Source of the DNA: a virus
Taxonomy: Duplodnaviria; Caudoviricetes
IMG/VR virus record: IMGVR_UViG_3300037067_027649
Coordinates: 1-64,000 of that record
Direction: 5' to 3' (one strand)
Length of the DNA stretch: 64,000 nucleotides
The notes under the pieces were generated by a model. The model made no database searches. It was not told the DNA's origin and saw only the letters and a program-made list of their open reading frames with translations. The position numbers and the translations under genes were made by a program. Positions 56,060 to 62,973 of the stretch are shown here, piece by piece; within the stretch, counting starts at the first letter, position 1; each line of letters begins with the position of its first letter.

Positions 56060-56269
56060 TTATTTTAAAATTTGTTTTATTTTATCTTTTCTTAATTCGG
56101 ATACTTTTTTATATACGGTGTCATTTGTACATTTAACATTTTTATTTTCAATACAATTAATAATATTTAATGAACAACCACCACAAAGACCATAAAAACT
56201 TTCAGATTCTTTTTGTCGAACTAATTTATATTTAACCCCATCAATAATTATATTATTATTTTTTATCAT
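56060..56269 (-). CDS. Cys-rich family F protein with tag
   Basis: IDGVKYKLV...CGGC...ELRKDKIKQI. Confidence 0.75.
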   Translation of the reverse strand: MIKNNNIIIDGVKYKLVRQKESESFYGLCGGCSLNIINCIENKNVKCTNDTVYKKVSELRKDKIKQILK

Positions 56270-56472
56270 TTAATATTTTTTTTTATTTTAGATTTACGTA
56301 TATCAGATAATTTTTTATATATTGTGTTATATTCGCATTTAATATTTTTAACATTAAGACAACTATATCCTTCAATATTAAATGAACAACCTTCACACAC
56401 TCCATCATTTATCGTTTGTTTTACTAGTTGATATTTAATGCCATCAACAATTATATGATTTTTTTTAGTCAT
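56266..56472 (-). CDS. Cys-rich family F protein with tag
   Basis: VDGIKYQLV...CEGCSF...DIRKSKI. Confidence 0.75.
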   Translation of the reverse strand: MTKKNHIIVDGIKYQLVKQTINDGVCEGCSFNIEGYSCLNVKNIKCEYNTIYKKLSDIRKSKIKKNIK

Positions 56473-56695
56473 TTAATATTTGATTTATTTTAAATTTTCT
56501 GATATTTTTTAACATTTTATAGTTATAATCTCTACCGCAAGTTATACCAAGTCTTATACATGATGGTAAAGAAAAAGCACATCCTTCACATGTGCAATAT
56601 TTTGTCATATTTTTAATATATGCAATATTATTTATGAATATTATATCTTCACTTTTCATTAAATAATTTTTTAATTTTTTCTTCTCTGAAATCAC
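56465..56695 (-). CDS. Cys-rich family F protein with tag
   Basis: CEGCAF...NIRKFKINQI. Confidence 0.7.
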   Translation of the reverse strand: MISEKKKLKNYLMKSEDIIFINNIAYIKNMTKYCTCEGCAFSLPSCIRLGITCGRDYNYKMLKNIRKFKINQILND

Positions 56696-57044
56696 TAACT
56701 TTTTTTAATATACCTTCACCACAGTATAACCAACAATTAGTTAACATTAATCCATCAACTGCACAATATCGACAAATTCCTTTATTTGGATTATCAACTA
56801 CATAATAATATGTACCATTTAAAAATACTTTTTTCATATTCCAAATATTTTTTAATTTTTTTTTTATTTCACTAACTTTTTTAAAAAAATATTTATCTTG
56901 ACAGTCAAACTCACTACCAATTTGACAATTATCACGACATATAAAATCTTTTATGTTTATAAAAAAACAACTTTTACAAGGATTATTATCATTAGTATGA
57001 ACTAATTCTAATTTAACACCTTTATATATAAATTGTTTTTCCAT
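56649..57044 (-). CDS. Two fused Cys-rich family F domains with tag
   Basis: Start moved to ATG 57044; second unit begins MKKVFLNG with no intervening stop. Confidence 0.65.
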   Translation of the reverse strand: MEKQFIYKGVKLELVHTNDNNPCKSCFFINIKDFICRDNCQIGSEFDCQDKYFFKKVSEIKKKLKNIWNMKKVFLNGTYYYVVDNPNKGICRYCAVDGLMLTNCWLYCGEGILKKVSDFREEKIKKLFNEK

Positions 57045-57051
57045 TAAAATA

Positions 57052-57648
57052 TTAAGATAAATAAGCCAAACATTTGTTTTTAGCTTCTGTGATTTCAATA
57101 AATTTATCTGAGTTACCACCTTTATCTGGATGATGTTGCATTGATAATTGTCGATATGCATTTTTAACATCATCTGTGGATGCTTCACTATCTAAACCTA
57201 AAACTTTAAAAGATTCAATAGGTTTATTGTCTTTTATCATAGATGCTAAAAGAAAATCCCAAAAAAATCCACTACCAAATCCAAACCCACCAAATTCTCT
57301 TCTTTCGAAATCTTCATATTCCCTACGTCTTTTATCACGTTCTTCTGCATCTTTTTTACGTTGTGCCATAACATCAGGAAATAATTCATTTCTTGTCTTT
57401 GCAATAACACTTGCATAAAAATAATTCCAAAGCTTATCAGGGAGAACACCTGCAGTTTTATTGCTAATTGCATCCCATTTCATTCTAATGGCACGAACAG
57501 CATTTTCATAACCTTTTATATTTTTTGTTGAATTACCAACCTCTAAAAGAGTTATAAAATCAAAAGTTAAATCAGAAATAAAACCGTTATGGTTGAAATT
57601 TACACCTTTATCAAGATTGTACTTTGAAACATATTCTTTTGTTTTCAT
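57052..57648 (-). CDS. J-domain (DnaJ-type) protein with C-terminal J domain
   Basis: FKVLGL...VKNAYRQLSMQHHPDKGG...F.EI.EA. Confidence 0.88.
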   Translation of the reverse strand: MKTKEYVSKYNLDKGVNFNHNGFISDLTFDFITLLEVGNSTKNIKGYENAVRAIRMKWDAISNKTAGVLPDKLWNYFYASVIAKTRNELFPDVMAQRKKDAEERDKRRREYEDFERREFGGFGFGSGFFWDFLLASMIKDNKPIESFKVLGLDSEASTDDVKNAYRQLSMQHHPDKGGNSDKFIEITEAKNKCLAYLS

Positions 57649-57653
57649 ATTTT

Positions 57654-57909
57654 TTAGATATTTAATTTTTTACAAATTTCATCAACACACTCATCATTTA
57701 ATTCACAAAAATTTCTTTTAATATTATCTTTAGATAAAGGTATATCTAAAATATTAAACATTTCAACTAAAAATGATATACCAACATCAAATACAGCTTC
57801 TGCTTCATCTTTAGAAACCCCCTTGGATGTATAATTTACCGCAGGTTTTACTTTTTTTTTCGTAAAAACTTTCTAATATTTTAATTTTATTTTCTACTTC
57901 TGTTGACAT
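57654..57909 (-). pseudogene. Small gene with +1 frameshift in an A9 run
   Basis: MSTEVENKIKILESFYEKK then shifted frame VKPAVNYTSKGVSKDEAEAVFDVG... Confidence 0.55.
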
Positions 57910-57929
57910 GTTTATTTGTATTTATTATA

Positions 57930-57937
57930 CAAATTTA
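57930..57937 (-). promoter_or_regulatory. Bacteroidota-type -7 element TAAATTTG
   Basis: 21 nt upstream of ATG 57909. Confidence 0.5.
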
Positions 57938-58008
57938 TAAAAATATTAACAAATAAAAAAATTATTCATATAATATTTTCATAAAATAGTGAAAATAAGT
58001 GTTTTTTA

Positions 58009-58266
58009 TTAAAAAAGTTTTAATTGATTTGGATTATCGTTTGGTTCTATTGTGTTATCCATTAGTAATTTTAAAAAATAATCAGCAGCATTATTGGCTA
58101 TAATGTGTTTATCTGTTCTATTTAAGTGCTTCTTTCCAGTTTTTTCTTTATACCATCTTTCACAATCTATATAAGCCATAGCAATATTAGCTTTCCAACC
58201 ATAGTAATATTCTTGGTCTTTTTTTAATTCTTTACTTAATCTTAATATAACATGCCTAATACTCAT
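58009..58266 (-). CDS. Hypothetical phage protein
   Basis: YYYGWKANIAMAY.D...AN.AA..FL.LL. Confidence 0.75.
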   Translation of the reverse strand: MSIRHVILRLSKELKKDQEYYYGWKANIAMAYIDCERWYKEKTGKKHLNRTDKHIIANNAADYFLKLLMDNTIEPNDNPNQLKLF

Positions 58267-58304
58267 AAATTATTATATTCATAAAATATTATTTTGTTTA
58301 ATTT

Positions 58305-58313
58305 TAATATATA
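58305..58313 (+). promoter_or_regulatory. Putative late promoter TAATATATA
   Basis: 24 nt upstream of ATG 58337. Confidence 0.6.
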
Positions 58314-58336
58314 ATAAAAAATATTTTATTTTTGTT

Positions 58337-58885
58337 ATGTATGTAAAATTATTCGAAAAATTCAATGAAAAATGGTATCATGGTTCAAAAGAATATTTTA
58401 CCGAATTTAAATTGAAAAAAGGTACTTTATTGGATTATAATTATATAGCTCCTATATTTTTAACAAGTGATAAAGAATTTGCTAAAGAACATGCAGGTTA
58501 TAAAACACCTTATATTTATGAAATTGAAGTTTTAACTGACAATATTTTTGATTATAAAAAATTACCATCTGGTTATAATCTAATGTATTATGTAGAAGAT
58601 AATATTAAAAAAGATAATAAAGATTATGAATTAGGTAAAAAATTATACATGGATATTTTTTTAGAAAATATTGATGTTAAACCATATTCATATCAAGATG
58701 TTGATGAATTATATAGTAGAATTATTACTGGTGATTATTGTTATTTAGAAGAAGTTTGGTTTTATGAGTGGTTAAAATTTAATAATTTTGATGGTGCTTA
58801 TATTAATGAAACAGGTGCTAAAAATTTATATATTTTTAACCCAAATGATTTAAAAATAATAAATGTGGAAAAATTAAATTATTAA
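58337..58885 (+). CDS. ADP-ribosyltransferase-like protein with capsid-targeting leader
   Basis: MYVKLFEKFNE; WYHGS...IFLTSD..FA..HA...IYE.EV...FDGA. Confidence 0.68.
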   Translation: MYVKLFEKFNEKWYHGSKEYFTEFKLKKGTLLDYNYIAPIFLTSDKEFAKEHAGYKTPYIYEIEVLTDNIFDYKKLPSGYNLMYYVEDNIKKDNKDYELGKKLYMDIFLENIDVKPYSYQDVDELYSRIITGDYCYLEEVWFYEWLKFNNFDGAYINETGAKNLYIFNPNDLKIINVEKLNY

Positions 58886-58895
58886 TTTTTCATTT

Positions 58896-59090
58896 TTATG
58901 CTTTGTTTATTTTTCTCAATTTTTGTTTTCTAATTTCTTTTATATCAATTTCTACATAATAACCATCATCACAATTAAATTTAGAACAATTCATACCATA
59001 AAATGCACATAAACCACACATATAACATATAGTATCTTCATTATGTTTTATAAATTTATAATATTTATTTTCATATTTAACAATTTCCAT
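58896..59090 (-). CDS. Cys-rich family F protein with tag
   Basis: CGLCAFYGMNCSKFNCDDGYY.EIDIKEIRKQKL. Confidence 0.78.
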   Translation of the reverse strand: MEIVKYENKYYKFIKHNEDTICYMCGLCAFYGMNCSKFNCDDGYYVEIDIKEIRKQKLRKINKA

Positions 59091-59274
59091 TATTAATTTT
59101 TTCTATTTTTTGTTTTCTAATTTCTTTTATATTAATTTCTACATAATATCCACCATCACAATTATATTTAGAACAAAACATATCATGACAAAATGCACAA
59201 TTAGTACAAGAAAAATCATAAAACGGATAATCAATAAATTTATAATATTTATCTTCGTATTTAATAATTTTCAT
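59077..59274 (-). CDS. Cys-rich family F protein with tag
   Basis: CTNCAF...CSKYNCDGGYY.EINIKEIRKQKI. Confidence 0.78.
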   Translation of the reverse strand: MKIIKYEDKYYKFIDYPFYDFSCTNCAFCHDMFCSKYNCDGGYYVEINIKEIRKQKIEKINNGNC

Positions 59275-59476
59275 TATTATTAATTTTTTCTAATTTTTGT
59301 TTTCTTATTTCTTTTATATCAATTTCAATAAAATAACCATTACTACAATCTAAAATTTCAAAATTTGTGTTAATACATTTTGAATTTACATATAAAGAAC
59401 ATGTAGAACAATTTACAAATATTGAGTTATCATTTATTTTTTTGTAATATTTACTTTTAAATTTTATTATATTCAT
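59261..59476 (-). CDS. Cys-rich family F protein with tag
   Basis: Start moved to ATG 59476; CSTCSL...C...C..GYF.EIDIKEIRKQKL. Confidence 0.75.
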   Translation of the reverse strand: MNIIKFKSKYYKKINDNSIFVNCSTCSLYVNSKCINTNFEILDCSNGYFIEIDIKEIRKQKLEKINNNENY

Positions 59477-59542
59477 ATGAATTAGTATATTATTCAAATA
59501 TAGTAATTAATTTTTAATAATTTAAAAAATATAAGGACATTT

Positions 59543-59626
59543 TGTCCTGATTTATGTCCTGATTTATGTCCTGATTTATGTCCTGATTTATGTCCTGATT
59601 TATGTCCTGATTTATGTCCTGATTAA
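59543..59626. repeat. 12-bp tandem repeat TGTCCTGATTTA, 7 copies (last imperfect)
   Basis: Units at 59543, 59555, 59567, 59579, 59591, 59603, 59615 in a divergent intergenic region. Confidence 0.95.
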
Positions 59627-59846
59627 ATTAAAAATATATATCTGGACACATTTTTTACTTTTTACATAGACACTTTGTCTATGATTATGTCTATGTTTAA
59701 TTTAAAATGAATGATAAATCGTTCATTATTATCATAAATAGTATTTTTTGAATTAAAAACCATTCAATATTAATAAAAATAATAAAATTTTAAAACTTTA
59801 TTAACATTTTGTTATATAATATTTTATAAAAAATAATTATTATGTT

Positions 59847-60941
59847 TTGGAATTATCAGAAAAAAGTTTGTTGTTTATCGAAAAAGCAAGAAAAGTTCAT
59901 GGTGATAGGTATGATTATTCTTTAGTTGATTATAAAAATAATAAAACTAAAGTTAAAATAATTTGTAAAGAACATGGTGTATTTGAACAAAGACCTGATA
60001 TGCATTTACATCAGCAACAAGGTTGCCCGACATGTGCTAATAAAAATGTCAATATTAATACATACCTAGAAAGATTTAAAATTGTACATGGTGATAGGTA
60101 TGATTATAGTTTAGTTGAATATAAAGATTGTGACACACTTGTAAATATAATTTGTAGAATTCATGGTATATTTCAGCAATCACCATATAATCATAGTAAA
60201 GGTCAAAATTGTCCAACATGTATAGGAAGAAATAAAACAAATGAAAAAATTATAAAAGAATTTAAAGAAATTCATGGTGATAAATACGATTATTCATTAA
60301 TAGATTATGAAAATGATAAAACAAAATTGAAAATAATATGTAAAATTCATGGTATTTTTAAAAAAACTTATAATCAACATAAAAGAAATAAAGGTTGTCC
60401 TAAATGTCTTAATAGAAATAAAACTAACTTAGATATTATAGAAGATTTTAAAAAAATACATAGTGATAAATATGATTATTCTTTAGTTGATTATACTAGT
60501 AATAAGAATAATGTTATAATAATTTGTAAAAAACATGGAAAATTCTTACAAAGTCCAAATTCGCATTTAATGGGTAGAGGGTGTCCAATATGTAATGAAA
60601 GTCAAGGAGAAAAAAAGATATCTGATATTTTAGACAATTTCCAAATAAAATATATTAGAGAATATAAAATTAATAATTCAAATAATTCTTTAAGATTAGA
60701 TTTTTTCATACCTCAATATAACATAGGAATAGAATATAATGGTAGACAACATTACGAAATAGTAGAAAAATTTGGTGGAAAAAAAGAATTTTTAAAAACT
60801 ATTGAACGTGATAAAAGGAAAATTAAAATATGTGAAGAAAAAAATATTAAATTATTAATAATTCCATATAAAATAAATAAAATAGAAGATATAAAAAATG
60901 AAATTGTGGATTTTTTAGAAAAAGAAAAGGTCAGCTATTAA
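59847..60941 (+). CDS. Free-standing endonuclease-like protein (four Zn-ribbon repeats plus PD-(D/E)XK-like domain)
   Basis: HGD(R/K)YDYSL.DY...IIC..HG repeats; LRLDFFIP...IGIEYNGRQHY. Confidence 0.82.
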   Translation: MELSEKSLLFIEKARKVHGDRYDYSLVDYKNNKTKVKIICKEHGVFEQRPDMHLHQQQGCPTCANKNVNINTYLERFKIVHGDRYDYSLVEYKDCDTLVNIICRIHGIFQQSPYNHSKGQNCPTCIGRNKTNEKIIKEFKEIHGDKYDYSLIDYENDKTKLKIICKIHGIFKKTYNQHKRNKGCPKCLNRNKTNLDIIEDFKKIHSDKYDYSLVDYTSNKNNVIIICKKHGKFLQSPNSHLMGRGCPICNESQGEKKISDILDNFQIKYIREYKINNSNNSLRLDFFIPQYNIGIEYNGRQHYEIVEKFGGKKEFLKTIERDKRKIKICEEKNIKLLIIPYKINKIEDIKNEIVDFLEKEKVSY

Positions 60942-60952
60942 ACTGACCTTTT
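60925..60952. terminator. Bidirectional terminator
   Basis: AAAAGGTCAG-CTATTAAA-CTGACCTTTT between convergent genes. Confidence 0.8.
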
Positions 60953-60974
60953 TTGATTTATTTAATAATTTTGT

Positions 60975-62843
60975 TTACTTAACTTCTTCAAAATCTACAT
61001 TCGTTGCACTATCGTTTGGTTTACTATTTTCACTATCATTAGTAGTAGAATTACCACTTTGATAAATTCTTGTACTAATCTTATTCCAAATTGTAGTAAG
61101 TTCTTCTGATATCTTATTCATGTTACTAAAATCTTTGGAATCTTTTGCTTTTTTCAACTCTTCAACTTTAGATGTAAGTTCATCTTTTTCATTACCAACA
61201 AACTTATCTTCCATTTCTTTCATCTGTTTCTCAGTTGAAAAAATTAATGAATCTGCTTTATTGATATTATCAATTTCTTCTTTTGCTTTACGATCATTTT
61301 CAGCATTTTCTTCAGCTTCTTTTTTCATTCTTTCAACTTCTGATTTATCAAGGTTAGAAGAACCATCAATACGAATGTTTTGTTTTTTCCCAGTTCCCTT
61401 ATCATGAGCAGATACTTCTAAAATACCATTAGCATCAATATTGAATGTTACTTCAATTTGTGGTGTACCACGCATTGCGGGTGGAATTCCATCAAGATTA
61501 AATCTACCTAAAGATTTATTATCTTTAGCCATAGGTCTATTTCCTTGTAAAACATGTATTTCAACAGATGGTTGATTATCAGAAGCAGTACTAAATACAT
61601 TAGATTTACTTACAGGAATTGTAGTATTCGATTCAATCATCACCGTAGATACACCACCCATAGTTTCTATAGACAAATTTAAAGGAGTCACATCAAGAAG
61701 AAGAACATCTGTAACATCACCAGTTAAAACAGCAGCTTGAACAGCAGCACCCAAACTCACCGCTTCATCAGGATTAACATTTTTATTTGCTTTTTTGTCA
61801 AAAACTTTTTCAACTACGGCTTGAACTGCTGGTATACGTGTAGAACCACCAACTAAAATTACTTCATCAATATTTTCTTTGTTCAAACCAGAATCCTTCA
61901 ATGTTGTTTCACAAAGTTTAGTCAATTTATCCAAATATTTATCAATCATTTGTTCAAATTGTGAACGAGTAATAGTTTTTACCAAATGCATAGGAATACC
62001 ATTAATTGGTATAATATAAGGTAAATTAATTTCAGTTTGAGTTGATGTTGATAATTCAATTTTAGCCTTTTCAGCAGCTTCTTTTAATCTTTGATGTGCA
62101 ATAGCATCTTTTCTTAAATCAACATTATTTTCTTTATAAAAATCTTCTGCAAGCCAATTAATAATTTCTTCATCGAAATTATCACCACCAAGTAAAGAAT
62201 CACCTTTTGTTGCTTTAACTTCAAATACACCATCACCCATATCGAGTATGGAAACATCGGATGTTCCACCCCCGATATCGTAGACAACTATTTTTTTATC
62301 ACCTTTTTGTTCAAGACCATATGCTAATGCTGCTGCAGTAGGTTCATTGATAATACGAAGGACATTCAAACCAGCAATTTCTCCAGCTTCTTGTGTACTT
62401 TTTCTTTCTTGATCATTAAAATACGCTGGAACTGTAATAACAGCATCTTTAACTTCATAACCCAAATAATCTTCGGCAGTTTTCTTCATTTTCTGCAAAA
62501 TCATAGCAGAAATTTCTTGTGGTGTATAATCCCTTCCACCAATTTCAACAACAGCATTTCCATTTGAACCACTTTTAACTTTATAAGGCATTTTAAGGTT
62601 TTCAACATCTTTATATTTCTTACCCATAAAACGTTTTATACTATAAATTGTATTTGTCGGGTTAGTTACAGCTTGACGTTTTGCTGGATCACCAATTTTT
62701 CTTTCACCATTTTCCAAAAAAGATACAATTGATGGTGTAGTTCTTTTACCCTCACTATTTGGGATTACTACTTTTTCATTTCCTTCGAATACACTTACAC
62801 AAGACGTTGTTGTTCCAAGATCAATTCCTATACATTTTTTCAT
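60975..62843 (-). CDS. dnaK: Hsp70 chaperone DnaK
   Basis: [57 protein letters not shown]. Confidence 0.98.
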   Translation of the reverse strand: MKKCIGIDLGTTTSCVSVFEGNEKVVIPNSEGKRTTPSIVSFLENGERKIGDPAKRQAVTNPTNTIYSIKRFMGKKYKDVENLKMPYKVKSGSNGNAVVEIGGRDYTPQEISAMILQKMKKTAEDYLGYEVKDAVITVPAYFNDQERKSTQEAGEIAGLNVLRIINEPTAAALAYGLEQKGDKKIVVYDIGGGTSDVSILDMGDGVFEVKATKGDSLLGGDNFDEEIINWLAEDFYKENNVDLRKDAIAHQRLKEAAEKAKIELSTSTQTEINLPYIIPINGIPMHLVKTITRSQFEQMIDKYLDKLTKLCETTLKDSGLNKENIDEVILVGGSTRIPAVQAVVEKVFDKKANKNVNPDEAVSLGAAVQAAVLTGDVTDVLLLDVTPLNLSIETMGGVSTVMIESNTTIPVSKSNVFSTASDNQPSVEIHVLQGNRPMAKDNKSLGRFNLDGIPPAMRGTPQIEVTFNIDANGILEVSAHDKGTGKKQNIRIDGSSNLDKSEVERMKKEAEENAENDRKAKEEIDNINKADSLIFSTEKQMKEMEDKFVGNEKDELTSKVEELKKAKDSKDFSNMNKISEELTTIWNKISTRIYQSGNSTTNDSENSKPNDSATNVDFEEVK

Positions 62844-62919
62844 AATTTATTAAATTTTTTATTTTTTGTTAAATATATTTTAATTATTTGGATTTAACAA
62901 AAATTAAACCAACAAAATT

Positions 62920-62938
62920 TGTCATGACATTTTGTCAT
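62920..62938. promoter_or_regulatory. TGTC-ATGACA-TTT-TGTCAT palindromic operator candidate upstream of dnaK
   Basis: ATGACA(62924-29) TTT TGTCAT(62933-38). Confidence 0.4.
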
Positions 62939-62959
62939 AATTTTTAATCCCATAAAAAA

Positions 62960-62968
62960 TAATATATA
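62960..62968 (+). promoter_or_regulatory. Putative late promoter TAATATATA
   Basis: Upstream of ATG 62974. Confidence 0.45.
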
Positions 62969-62973
62969 AAAAT

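Noticed and set aside
59543-59626. CRISPR array
   Set aside because: Units are contiguous 12-mers with no unique spacers, and no cas genes are present.
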